Below are positions 22,235 to 33,754 of a stretch of 64,000 nucleotides of DNA, one piece after another. The stretch is taken from positions 2,232,001 to 2,296,000 of the forward strand of contig BROI01000001.1 in NCBI GenBank assembly GCA_027923505.1, written 5' to 3'. The notes under the pieces were generated by a model, which searched no databases, was not told where the DNA came from, and saw only the letters and a list, made by a program, of their open reading frames with translations. The translations under genes and the position numbers were made by a program. The DNA comes from Mayamaea pseudoterrestris (lineage: Eukaryota). Positions within the stretch are counted from its first letter, which is position 1. Each line of letters starts with the position of its first letter.

Positions 22235-22381
22235 GGGCAGGTGAATCGTTTCGGTACGCACCGACGGATCACCACGAAATCCGCTCGCTCATCATCACAC
22301 CTCATTCGTTGTTGCGTCTTCCCTTGTAATCCCGCTGCTTACTATCGGTACTCTACCGTCCACTCTGAGTATATTATCAGC

Positions 22382-25300
22382 ATGGCTCGTAAAAAGAATA
22401 AGGGAAAGCCATCGCAGCAGGATGACTCTGACGACGATGACAACGGTGACGAGCACTTGGCGGCGCTCTTGGGTGGCAAGTTAAAGACAAACTATGGAAG
22501 TGATAGCGAGGATGATGACGAATACGATGGCTCTCCTGCTCAAAGAGGTAGAGCCAAGCAACAATCTGTCAAGAAGAATCAAAAGAAAAAGGCGTCGGCT
22601 GTCATGGCTGCTGCACTGGCTGGATCTGATAGCGACGACAATGATGTGCCTGCCGCCGCCAAAGACGACGATGATGACGTACAGCAAGTCACGATGAAAC
22701 TAGCAGACGATGGATGGGGAGCTCTGATGAGTGGCGATGGCGAGTCCAAAAAGAAGAAGAAGGACAAGAAAGAAAAGAAGGAGAAGAAGGACAAGAAACC
22801 CAAGCAAGCAAAGCAAAGGCGTGATGAGAGTGACGACGAGGAAGACGAAAAGGTTGTCGAGACACCTGCTGCAGTCGCTCCGTCCCAGCCATCTAAACCA
22901 GAAGCAAAGAAAAAGTCAAAGTTTGAAATACAAATGGAAGCAAAGCTGGCAGCGACCAAGGCAGCGGACGATGAAGCAGCGTCAAAGGTTGTAGACGACA
23001 AGGACAAGAAACAAAAGAAAAAGGTTGCCAGTGGCATGAATCAACTTGCCACCATGCCTGACGCGTACGATGAGCAAGTCGACAAGGCTGACGTCGACGA
23101 GCAACAAGATGGTGACGATGCAGTCTTGTACGGCGCACCGGACGACCACGCCTGGACGGACAAGTCGCTGGCCATTAAAGCGGCGGAAGATGGCGGTGAC
23201 AGCGACGACGATGATACGATTCCCCTTGTGGGACCGGATGGGAAAAAATTGAGCAACAAGGAACGCAAAAAGCTCATCAAGGCCAAGCAGGCGGCTCAGC
23301 GTGAAGCACAGTATGAAATGGCGGCGGCCAAGGCTTCACGCGAGGGAGCGCAGTTTGCTTGCAGTCAAACGGCCGTGAACGAGAATGACTCCAATTGGGA
23401 AAATTCATTGGACATCAACGTTCCTTCATTTAGTATTAGTGCAGCGGGAAAAATATTGTTCAAGGATGCAGCTCTTTCAATTGCGCACGGTAGACGTTAC
23501 GGTTTGGTCGGTCCAAATGGTACGTCGTCGTTATCGCGACATGTGTTTTGCAAAAAACGGATTTCATTAGCGTGCCATGGTGGCAGGAACGTCAGCATTT
23601 GATTAGATATGTGTGATGGCTGTGCCGAAAGAACTCGAGCTAATCTTCTTCCTATCGTTGTATTAAGGACGCGGCAAGTCAACATTGCTGAAAATGATCG
23701 CGTCCAAGGATTTGAAATTGCCGCCACGCATTGACTTTTTGTACGTGGAGCAGGAAGTCGTTGCCGACGATACGCCTGCTGTGGAAGCTGTATTGAAGGC
23801 TGACAAGCTACGATGGGATCTTCTCGAGGAAGAAAAGGCTCTCATGGCCGCCATTGACAATGGTGACGAGTCGGAGGAAAAAATTGATCGCCTTCAAACC
23901 GTTGTGGACGAACTAACGAACATGGGATCCGATTCTGCCGAAGCAAAGGCGCGCAGAATTTTGTTTGGTCTAGGTTTCACCATGGACATGCAGACCAAGC
24001 CGACCAAGATGTTTAGTGGAGGCTGGAGAATGAGAATTTCGCTCGCTCGGGCCCTCTTTGTAGAGCCAACCTTGTTGATGCTTGATGAACCAACAAATCA
24101 TCTTGACTGTACGTTACCCTTTCTCTTTGTGGCTATTGCTGCTCTCTGTATGGCTATTGTTGCTTGGCAAACGAGGGAGAGTGGTCGCGTTAACGCAAAA
24201 TTGCTGTGCTCGTTCGTCTCACGCTCCGTTCTGCTTACCAGTGAACGCCGTCATTTGGTTGGATGAGTACTTACAAAAGTGGAAAAAGACACTCCTTATC
24301 GTATCGCACGACCAAGATTTTCTAAATAGCGTTTGCCAAGAGATATTGCACATTGAAGACTTGAAACTCGTCTCGTACAAGGGCAACTACGACACGTTCA
24401 AAAAGATGGAGAAGGTCAAGTACGAACAACACATCAAGGCATGGGAGAAACAAGAAAAGCGACTCCGTGAGCTCAAGAAGCAAGGTCAGTCAAAATCGAA
24501 AGCTCAGGAAACCGTCAAGAAGGATGCCAAGCGCGAAACGGGTGCTCGTAACCAGAAGAAAAAGAATGCCGCGATTGCCTCGGGTCACGAAACAGCCGAG
24601 GCGACAGATTTAATTACTCGTCCACGGGAGTACCAAGTCAAACTCCACTTCCCTGAGGTTGCCGAGATATCGCGACCAGTAATGGATGTGACCAATGTAC
24701 ACTTTCGTTATTCGCCCAAGCATCCAGTTATCTTTGACTGTGTCGACTTTGGCATTGACATGGTGAGTATGACGAACGAAATGTGTGGGATATACAGCTT
24801 CTTTACGTGTGGCGAACACAAACTAACCTTGTTTGTATTGCAGGACTCGCGAATATGCATTGTCGGACCAAATGGAGCCGGTAAGTCTTTGGACGCATCA
24901 TCGTTCTGTCATGTCATCGCGACCATTGCAAAGCGCTCACTACACAATGCTCGACTGCAGGAAAATCTACGCTTCTGAAATTACTTACAGGTGAGGTTGA
25001 ACCTACAAAGGGCGAAGTCCGTCGTAACCCTCGACTTCGGTAAGTCTTTTCGTGTTGTATACTTGAAGCGCCGGCCAATCTTGACTTACCGAGGATTCAA
25101 TGCCCTTGTCCTTTTATTCAGCATGGGCATTTACAACCAGCACTTTGTTGATCGGCTCCCCATGGACAAGAGCCCTGTCGAGCACTTGCGCGATCGTTAC
25201 CCCGACGAGGACTACCAGTCTGTTCGCAATCGACTTGGCAAGTATGGCCTTGAAGGGCATGCACATGAAGTGACAATGAGGGACTTGAGTGGAGGTCAAA

Positions 25301-25674
25301 AGGCGCGAGTTGTCTTTGTCGACCTCAGCCTTCAGTGCCCGCACATTCTGTTACTAGACGAACCGACGAATAATTTGGACATTGAGACAATCGATGCTTT
25401 GTGCGATGCCATTAACGAGTTCAATGGTGGCATTGTCGTGGTGACTCATGACCAGCGGTTGATCGAGGAGTGTAACTGTAATCTTTGGGTTGTGGAGAAG
25501 CTTGGTGTGACGGAATGGAAGGAAGGATTTGACGACTACAAGGAGACAATTTTGCGCGAGCTGGAAGAGCAAGTTGCGCAAGAAGCTGCCACTCGACGCG
25601 AAAAATTGGAAGTGGCGGCCATAGCCAAGGCGGAGAAACTTGCGCAGCTAGCGAAAAAGATCAAAAAGAAGTAA
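22382..25674 (+). CDS. ABCF1: ABC-F family translation factor (ABCF1/ABC50-like), 6 exons
   Basis: Charged N-terminus; spliced [29 protein letters not shown]; second ABC domain [27 protein letters not shown]; no TM domain; five GT-AG introns. Confidence 0.92.
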
Positions 25675-26106
25675 ATGCATTCAAATTAGATAAACAAGTT
25701 GTTGTTCTCACTACTTTGATGACCTACCACCGGTAGCGTAGCAACTATGATACAAAAGTATGTTGCACGAGTAGTCGCTGCAAACGACGATGCTTCGGGC
25801 AACGGGTAGGATATGTCGCAACAGTTTTCATTGGGAATGAAAAGTACGCACTTTCCTCGCGGCCAAGCAAAAAAACGGATGCGCAATTGCATCGAACGAA
25901 TGATACGACGATCATGTGAAAGTTGGAATGCAACATCCCGGCCTGACTGGGACGAATCAGATTCGTTAGTTGCGGATGCGTGCGTACTTGGGCCAATGAT
26001 GGTTGGTCGACGTGTTGACACCGCGACACGATCTTTTCGTCGGATGAAATCGCGGTACCTGTCGATGAGCTCACAACATTTTCTATTTCGATCAAGAATC
26101 TTTACC

Positions 26107-26760
26107 ATGGTACGTACTTGATCACCTCAACCAATTTGACTTCCTCTGTTGCTGCAGTATACTCACCCGATTGCTTCTCCATCCTTGATAATTGCAGAAC
26201 AAGTCACTCATCCTTCTTTCCCTTGTCGCATCCGCTTCGGCGTTTGTTCCTCACTCGAGCCCTGCCTTTGCTCGTCACACAAGTCTCTTTGGAGGCAAGT
26301 ATGACGACAAGCTCTGGGACAACGATGCCAAGAAGGACGTCTACAACTCATGGGACCCATCTGCCCCAAGATCCGAGATGAACTTCAACCCTTTCGAGGT
26401 ACGTTTTGGAGACATGAGCTACCGTTTGCAGTTGCAGGCATATCGACCAGCAGATCTTGAAGATGCGCTTAGCGGACGACCATTTATCATGATGTTTGGA
26501 GGCCAGACCCGTTTTGGCAACCAGTAGTTGAATGTATTATAACATGCTGTCTAACAAACTATCTCTTTCTATCCATTCAGACCTGGGAGGGAAACTCGCC
26601 GGATGCCAGTGGCTACTACCCAGGTGAGGGACGATACAAGGATCCCATGCGTGGTGATGTCAACTTTGCCATCATGATGGCCGAGCGTGCGGAGTCCGAG
26701 GAGCGTGCCGCCAACCCCAAGGCAGGAAGCGAACCAGGCTGCCCAGGATGCCGCACGTAA
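26107..26760 (+). CDS. Small plastid-targeted protein of unknown function; exons 26107-26109, 26198-26398, 26581-26760
   Basis: Spliced MNKSLILLSLVASASAFVP (ASAF motif)...NFNPFE/TWEGNSPDASGYYPGEGRYKDP...GCPGCRT*; both introns GTACGT...CAG. Confidence 0.85.
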
Positions 26761-27014
26761 GCTCTGACTTGAGCGGGAGCGGCGCAAGCGACAGTACGGC
26801 GAATCTCTGCATACCTCATAGACATGAACTGTAGATTACCATAATCTGATAGCAAAAAGTATTTCCTTGTGCTTTTTTGTATCGGCGCTTGTGAGCTACG
26901 TATAGCGGTGGAAGCAAGGGGCAGTACAATACAGGGCAGTCTCCATCGGCTTTCATACGCGCTTGCGTCTTCACCAACCGACTGAGTCGCAGCGTGCATT
27001 CATTGCCATGGACC

Positions 27015-28393
27015 ATGAGCTGCTTTCGACTTGCTCCACAGCCGACATCCTTGCTTAATCATGTTCTTTTCCTCTTATTTCTAGTAGTTTTCAGAACCGA
27101 GTCCTTTCTCGCCACTAAAATCATCGGATTCTCGCGACTTTTTGCCACTTTTGAACACGCATCGCTATCGGCAGACGACATTGTTGCACCTTTTGCCGCC
27201 TTGACTGCAAGGAACTTGACGATTCGATTGCATCATAAACCACAGCAGCAGCGCCGACCTCATACGAATCGAAAACCACGCGGTTACTGGTCAAACGTCT
27301 CAAATTTGGAGCACGAAGTGAAAGAATTTTGGATGGAGCGGAACCTTACCTTCAACTTTGTTCTCCTTCCAAGCGAATCAATTCTATACTTCTACAATCG
27401 ACACGATTTGCGCGGGGCTATAGCTTCATTGGGCGGAAGAGAAGCCATTGCTTCCGGCAGACCCAAATTTCGAGTCTTGCCAGGACGCTGGGCTGATGCG
27501 GTGGAGCAATATCCGCAGCTACTCTCGTCTGCTCCTGAATTGATGAATCGACAAACACTATGGGACGTTTACAAGCAACCAGACGATACAAAACGGCGCT
27601 GGGAGCATAGCTGTGCTCGAAAAGAAAAGGGCTACTGGAACATCACGACTGTTTATAAAGAATTGTAAGTGCTATCGCTCGGAAGGTCAGCTGTCAGTCA
27701 GCTGTGACATAGACGCTTACGTCTCATACATCACACGCCGCCTCCATTAATGTTCCTTGATACATATGCAGGTACAATTATACTTACGAATATCGACAAC
27801 AGGAGGACAGACCATGCATCTGGATGCCACGACTGTCGGAACTGGCTGCGCATGGTCGCAGTGACTTGAAGCAAGCCATCCAACGCTTTGGCGGCTACGA
27901 TAGCATTTGTCGACGAGCCGGAATGATTTCTTACACGGAGTGGGCCTACTTTGAGGGACAGCTTTGTCTTTTGGTCGAGTTGAAAGGCTATCTCGATGTC
28001 TACCACGATGGTTGTTACAAGAATTTTCCTTGCGTAAGCGACCTTGAGCGGAGAGGGTACAAGCGACTGCATTCTTTGATTCAGTATTACGGTGGTCGCA
28101 ATTTTCTTTCTTTGAAACTTGGAATGGTTCAAAATACACAAGACCATGGAGGCGGTAACGACATGGGGGTTAGCTTTGGAGCCTTTGATCTTGAGCTTGC
28201 TGTGAAGCTGCTTGAATTTGTGCGATCTGACCAACTCCGCAAATCACCGCCGCTCAAGCAGTATCGGGTTATTGCCATGCCATCGAGCGACAAGTTAAGA
28301 GACAGGGCCGAAAGAGGGCATTGGATGCATGCCAAGATTTGTGAGTATGGTGGGTACGAAAATGTGGCGAGGCGGCTTGGATTGGCGATTTGA
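27015..28393 (+). CDS. Helical-repeat protein (RKxxGYW / P...L...G..DL..AI...GG repeats) with signal peptide; intron 27665-27771
   Basis: Two ORFs joined in frame by a GTAAGT...CAG intron; four imperfect repeats. Confidence 0.8.
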
Positions 28394-29040
28394 AAAAGGA
28401 TGCAATTAATGGAAGGAACGGCACGTCCGTACATCCCGTTTAGACGAGTACCGGAGATAGGACTTTGACGATTGCGTGGGTATTGAATTGAGTGAGTTAA
28501 TGGTTTCTTAAAGGAAAGCGCATTCGTGTCGCGAGAAAGGAGATTCGTTTCAACACACACTAACAGCAATCCATTGGAGGCTCCCAGTGACGCTCCAAGA
28601 CGCTATTCATTGGGGTTTTTCTGGTATCTGTAGCATCTACTCGCAACAATGGCTATTGAATTACAGATTCTTGATGCTTGTCGCTGCTTGCGTCGCGAAT
28701 CGTGAAGTGGTTGTATTTTTCGAGCTTCGTCTCACATGTTACGAAAGTGGCTTTGCCAGCTTATTTCAGGGCAGTGAATGACGTAAATAGTGATGTCTAC
28801 ACAAGTGCGTTTTTGAAATAGTTTATGATTCTCATTGTTACAATTGTGACTCGCTTGTACGCCGTACGAATGGCACCCATTTTAAAGACTACTCGAGCAT
28901 GTCGCAGTGTGTACCGGAGCGACAGTTGGTTTTTACTGCGCGCCGCTGAAACGCACATTTTGGTTTTCTCTTCGCTTCTCGCCGAGCCCTTCCGTCGTTC
29001 ATTGTTAGTGACTCCCACGCTGCCTTTGAATCATTACAAA

Positions 29041-30945
29041 ATGTCGTCAACAACTACGACCAATGAATCGCTCTTGGACCGCCGCCAGCAGCAACAACTG
29101 CACGAGGCTCGTCAGTCTGGAGCAGTGGCACCAGCCGTTGATTCCAGCACGGGTCAAATCATAAATCCTCACAATCCCGAGTTTCTGACCAAGAAACCGT
29201 GGTACTTGGGACAGGGAGCAGCGCAGCCTACGCTGGAACATCAGCAAGGTCTTGTGGAATTGAACGAAGTTTCGTTGACGGCAGCGGAAGCGGCGTTGGA
29301 ACGAGATCGATTGCAGCAAAAGAAAGATTTAGTAGAAGGCAATTTCTATAAAGGACAATGGGTGGAAGCATTGAAAAGAAGTAAGACTCCCTATCGAATA
29401 TGTCAAATTTTGAATGTTTACAAGAAAGGAGATTCGATTGAACTTGACTTGCAGTTTGAAGACAAGACGATTGAGAAACGCGTCAAGCCCAGCGGCAGAA
29501 ATAGCAATCAGCAACCGCGCGTTCGGATTACAAGGGCAGGCGCAAGGACTAGCAATGTAGAAGCACAACTGACGGCGGGAAAGAATGCTTACGCCAGCAA
29601 GCGAGACGCCTACCATGGCTATGATAGTCAGTCACACAATGTTAAAATGCAGCGCAAGTATGAGCAGCGTGAGCAAATACGCAAGCAACTTCGGGAGGAT
29701 GCAGCTAGCAGCAAGCAGACTGGAGGTGACGAGAATGGCAAGAACGCAACAGATGCTGCACCATCGGACTCTGACTATGATTCCGACGTGGCTGGCAGCG
29801 ACTCGGACGATGAGGAGTTTGTTCAGCGCGACGAGGATGCCAAGGTTATCACGACACATTTGGCTCGACAGGGTGGCGTCGGCGGGGCGCAGATGAAGGT
29901 GACGGCGCGAAACTTGCGCATTCGCGAGGATACTGCCAAGTATTTGAGAAATTTGGATGTGGATTCTGCTTACTATGATCCAAAATCTCGTTCCATGCGC
30001 GACAATCCCAATCCGGAAATTTCCATTGAAGAATCCGAGTTCGCTGGTGATGGCTTTCAACGAGCAACTGGTGATACCGTGGGATTGGCCGAGACGAGCT
30101 TGTTTGCTTGGGATGCCGAGCGCAAGGGTGTTGATCTGCATCCAATTGCGAATCCTTCGCAAGCAGAATTGTTGAAGAAGGAGTTCAAGGCCAAAGCGAC
30201 TGATATCAAGTTGCAACGGAAGCAAGCGCTTTTTGACAAGTATGGCGGAAAGGAGCATTTGGATGGAAATGGCGGCTTGGCAACGGCATCGCTGCAAGAT
30301 AAGAGTAGTGCTGCCATTCCGGACCGCAAGGTACGATTCGGCGTTGACGTGACGCCGAAGGAGTACAACCAGGACGGCCGGTTGCTCAAACAAGGCGGCA
30401 AGGAGGTGAGACAAGAAGCGCGGAAGAGCAAGTACGAGGAAGATGTCTACATGAATGGCCATACTACAGTATTTGGAAGCTTTTTTCATCGTGGTGCGTT
30501 TGCGTGGGGATATGCGGACGATCACAGTTTGATACGAAATTCGTATTGCACCGGCGAGACGGGGCGTTTGGCGAACGACGAGGCAAACGCAATGACATTT
30601 GGGACTGGAGAAGCAGGATCTGCGGAGCTGGCTCAAGCTCGCGGAATGCTCAAGGCAATTACACCAAGTGTTGGTGAAATAAGGTCAACGTTAGAGTCGA
30701 CTTTGAACAACAAGTCGAAGCTCTATGGCGAAGCCAATCAACATGTGGAGCTCGACGAGGAAAAGTTAAAGCGCGCATTAAAAGCTGCAGACCAGGATGA
30801 TGCGGATAAGAAGAAACGAAAATACCATTCCATGGAAGCAGATGTTAACGTGACGGAGGAGGATATGGAGGCGTATCGATTGCGAAAGGAAAAGTCGAGC
30901 GACCCCATGGCCAAAATTGACAGCGACAAACTATTGGACTATTAG
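29041..30945 (+). CDS. SLU7: Pre-mRNA second-step splicing factor SLU7
   Basis: INPHNPEFLTKKPWY, KRDAYHGYD, RNLRIREDTAKYLRNLD...YDPKSRSMR, KSKYEEDVY.NGHT.VFGS, VTEEDMEAYR; likely ATG 29041. Confidence 0.93.
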   Translation: MSSTTTTNESLLDRRQQQQLHEARQSGAVAPAVDSSTGQIINPHNPEFLTKKPWYLGQGAAQPTLEHQQGLVELNEVSLTAAEAALERDRLQQKKDLVEGNFYKGQWVEALKRSKTPYRICQILNVYKKGDSIELDLQFEDKTIEKRVKPSGRNSNQQPRVRITRAGARTSNVEAQLTAGKNAYASKRDAYHGYDSQSHNVKMQRKYEQREQIRKQLREDAASSKQTGGDENGKNATDAAPSDSDYDSDVAGSDSDDEEFVQRDEDAKVITTHLARQGGVGGAQMKVTARNLRIREDTAKYLRNLDVDSAYYDPKSRSMRDNPNPEISIEESEFAGDGFQRATGDTVGLAETSLFAWDAERKGVDLHPIANPSQAELLKKEFKAKATDIKLQRKQALFDKYGGKEHLDGNGGLATASLQDKSSAAIPDRKVRFGVDVTPKEYNQDGRLLKQGGKEVRQEARKSKYEEDVYMNGHTTVFGSFFHRGAFAWGYADDHSLIRNSYCTGETGRLANDEANAMTFGTGEAGSAELAQARGMLKAITPSVGEIRSTLESTLNNKSKLYGEANQHVELDEEKLKRALKAADQDDADKKKRKYHSMEADVNVTEEDMEAYRLRKEKSSDPMAKIDSDKLLDY

Positions 30946-30991
30946 ATAATTGATATACATGCACTTTTGGAAAGCCGTTTAGTTTGTTGCA

Positions 30992-32230
30992 CTAATAGTT
31001 GCATAGGTCAACCTTTGTACCTGCCACGGCCTTGCGCGACTCGCATCCCACCAAGCATCCCTTTGGAAAACTGGGATCTTGTGCGGGCGGCAATGGCGTT
31101 TCACCAAAGCTCCACTGGCACTCCTGCGTTTCAAAGTTTGGTGAAACCGTCAAGGCCACACCCAGCTCTTCCTGGAAAAACTGCTGAGCTGGCAGTTTGC
31201 ATTGGTGCAAACACAAACCCTTGCATCCACTCTCCTGCAGAAACTTGCACTTTTCCACGAGCAGTCCACCAAGTTTGCCATCCTTGCGTCGATTTGGATA
31301 TGAGGGACCCACCAAAAACCCGAAAAAGGGTGGAGTGACAATTGAAGTAAGCCATGGAGCGTAAAACCATGGACCAAGCTGCTTGCCATCCCAGTCGCTT
31401 CCAATCTTTGGTACAATGCCAGACATGAAGATGCGATAAAAGGGTGGCAGTACTGGTGTCATGAGTCCACCCAGTGTGTCGTACACCATCTTGTGCTGCG
31501 CTTCGGATGTTTGATTTGGTTGTAGCATGAAAGTTCGTCCTTGGTCAAGCAAGCCATCGATTCCTGGTTTGGAGGAAGTCACGCCGCCAGTGTTCCTTTT
31601 AACTAGCTTGCGAAATATGTTAAGCAGCGCCGTGTCAAGTATATTGTCTCGGTACTCCATCTCTTTCAGTTCACAGTCTGCAACTAGCGGTACGCCATTC
31701 TCATCTATGGCAGCAGGTGTGACTGAATCGTTTGGTTTACAATACGGAATGTCCTGCAGATTCGGAAGTTGCTTTCGTGGAATGCGGCTGGGACTCAGAA
31801 AGGACGCCGTGGCGACGTAGTCATCGTATCTCTTGGCCATGAGCCTGCAGAGTAACTCGTATCGTTGAAACTCCATCGCGCGCCGTCGCAGCTGCAATTG
31901 CTGGCTCGTCCAAAGATTGGAAATGACGGCAAGGCCATCAAGGTCGTCGCAGAGTCGAACAATTTCTTGGACATCAACGGAAGAGTCCACCCGAAGCAGT
32001 GGAGATATGGCAATGGAGGCACATTCCAAAGCTTCCTTGGCTTCTGCTGTAATGCGCTGACCGATTTCTTTCCAACTAATTTCGTTCAATGACGTCTTTA
32101 TGTCATTCTTGGCGTGCAGTAAAGGCAATGCTTTTCGACTTCGATAGGAACGACTCACGAAACAAGCAGCCTGTTGTAAAATTAGCAGTAGCAATGATGC
32201 AGTCCTCTGTATTGACCTTACTGAAACCAT
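30992..32230 (-). CDS. D27: Beta-carotene isomerase D27-like protein (DUF4033), plastid-targeted
   Basis: FFGFLVGP, VEKCKFLQESGCKGLCLHQCKLPAQQFF, PNFETQECQWSFG; signal peptide ending AACF. Confidence 0.88.
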   Translation of the reverse strand: MVSVRSIQRTASLLLLILQQAACFVSRSYRSRKALPLLHAKNDIKTSLNEISWKEIGQRITAEAKEALECASIAISPLLRVDSSVDVQEIVRLCDDLDGLAVISNLWTSQQLQLRRRAMEFQRYELLCRLMAKRYDDYVATASFLSPSRIPRKQLPNLQDIPYCKPNDSVTPAAIDENGVPLVADCELKEMEYRDNILDTALLNIFRKLVKRNTGGVTSSKPGIDGLLDQGRTFMLQPNQTSEAQHKMVYDTLGGLMTPVLPPFYRIFMSGIVPKIGSDWDGKQLGPWFYAPWLTSIVTPPFFGFLVGPSYPNRRKDGKLGGLLVEKCKFLQESGCKGLCLHQCKLPAQQFFQEELGVALTVSPNFETQECQWSFGETPLPPAQDPSFPKGCLVGCESRKAVAGTKVDLCNY

Positions 32231-32571
32231 AGCTTCTTATGTATTAACTGGCGTCAGTCGCATGGTCGGTCGTCGGTTAACTTTTTGAAGGTTGATGCGT
32301 CGCGAGGCCGATTTTGTCTGATGTCGTAGTTAGTACCGTTACGATGCAAACATTGTTATGGCACATTTCAGCCGTGCTGTGCTACTCGCAGCAATACGAA
32401 ACTACAGTAACAGCACAATCTGCCGTAGGTAGTTGGCAAAGCAAAAATGGCTTATTAAATTTAGTCGTTGCTACAATTCGGTAAACATTGATGTGTGCAG
32501 CCTTTGCTATCACTGTGACGTTCCAATTCACTCAAACATGCGCCAACACCACAGCTGGTCCAGTACTGCCA

Positions 32572-33561
32572 TCACCACACCTGATCTTTGAATGGAATGT
32601 CATCCATAATATTGTTGGCACCGGCAGGTAATCGAATCACAAGACCATCCAAATCCTTTGACAACACAATCTGGCAGCCAAGACGACTAGTCTCGCGAGG
32701 TCCATACGCCAAATCCAGCATGTCTTGCTCTGCCTCGCTAGGCGGCCCTACCTTGTCAAACCACTTGCCAGGCTCAATGACAACGTGACAAGTGGAGCAT
32801 GCCATGATGCCACTGCAAGCGCACTCCATGTACTCGCCAAGCGTCGACGCGCCTTCACCAATCCCAAACTTGGCAACGTCCGTCAGCGTTGTTCCTTCCA
32901 CAGCAGTGACAGGAAATGCCCTTGACATGTCAGCTTGACCCAAGTTTGTAAAGGCATCGTCGTTATCATTCTCAACTTCGTGCGACTCCCATGCATTAGG
33001 TGGAACAACCCAAACCTTGACTATGGCACGTCCCTCCTTGGTTGCTCGCTCCGCCTTGATTGTTGCTGCCAATGCTTCAAGGCCAGCATCCTCACCCACT
33101 TCCCATCGGCCAGCCATGGTGCGAGCCGTTGCCAGCAAGGCTTCACCCGACATGCCAGCATCCTGCAGTGTTTGCACCATGTCATGGGCCAAGGCCGAGT
33201 CGTAGCCAATGTTGATGATGAAGGTGACAGCCTTATCAAAAGGAGTTTCATCTGATGGACCGGATGATCGAGCCATCATGGAACGACATTGCTGCAAGTG
33301 GTGATGGTGGTGTAGGTGTAGATGCAATGGAGGAGCATATTGCGCAAGGTGACGGTGTTGCTGTATCCTCCCATATTTGGTATTGCTTGAGACTTTAATA
33401 GGCACACATCCTAATATTGGAAGCCGTGAGTAACGAGAATAGAGCATGGAAAAGTTCCATTGCTGCTTTCCTCGGAGCGACGGTCGCAAGGCTGATGCGC
33501 CGGTGGTGCGTCGAAACGGCGAAGCGAGGCACTCCATATTGAATGTTTTCATGTCGTCCAA
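32572..33561 (-). CDS. Adrenodoxin-type 2Fe-2S ferredoxin with N-terminal extension (true start uncertain)
   Basis: CACSGIMACSTCHV, EQDMLDLA, SRLGCQI. Confidence 0.88.
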   Translation of the reverse strand: MDDMKTFNMECLASPFRRTTGASALRPSLRGKQQWNFSMLYSRYSRLPILGCVPIKVSSNTKYGRIQQHRHLAQYAPPLHLHLHHHHHLQQCRSMMARSSGPSDETPFDKAVTFIINIGYDSALAHDMVQTLQDAGMSGEALLATARTMAGRWEVGEDAGLEALAATIKAERATKEGRAIVKVWVVPPNAWESHEVENDNDDAFTNLGQADMSRAFPVTAVEGTTLTDVAKFGIGEGASTLGEYMECACSGIMACSTCHVVIEPGKWFDKVGPPSEAEQDMLDLAYGPRETSRLGCQIVLSKDLDGLVIRLPAGANNIMDDIPFKDQVW

Positions 33562-33729
33562 TCGTCATGTGATATGTATGAATAAATTGGCATCTTGCAG
33601 CACACTTTCATCGTATTGCAAACGTTCCGCCTTTCAAATGGTAAGAGTGGAAGCAGTTGGCTTCTGCATGGAAAAATGAGGTGATCGTGTGGCAAGTTTT
33701 GACAGCGTACCGGTATATTTGATCATCGC

Positions 33730-33754
33730 AGCGGTTATGATTGTCATAACCGCT
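33730..33754. promoter_or_regulatory. Perfect 11-bp inverted repeat (AGCGGTTATGA-TTG-TCATAACCGCT) in a divergent intergenic region
   Basis: The inverted repeat is read directly; a regulatory role is only inferred. Confidence 0.4.

Noticed and set aside
22011..22329. ORFs with 14-aa repeats (KRVPVSITSRGNST; also 16686-16925)
   Set aside because: By-products of a 42-bp unit divisible by three; no sign of a real gene
26399..26580. Possible intronic C/D snoRNA in the longer introns (also 16268-16454)
   Set aside because: No properly paired C box, D box and terminal stem on the sense strand
29632..30636. Long antisense ORFs (also 1038-1694, 10240-10866, 60769-61458, 22579-23037)
   Set aside because: Shadow frames opposite well-supported genes or TE ORFs
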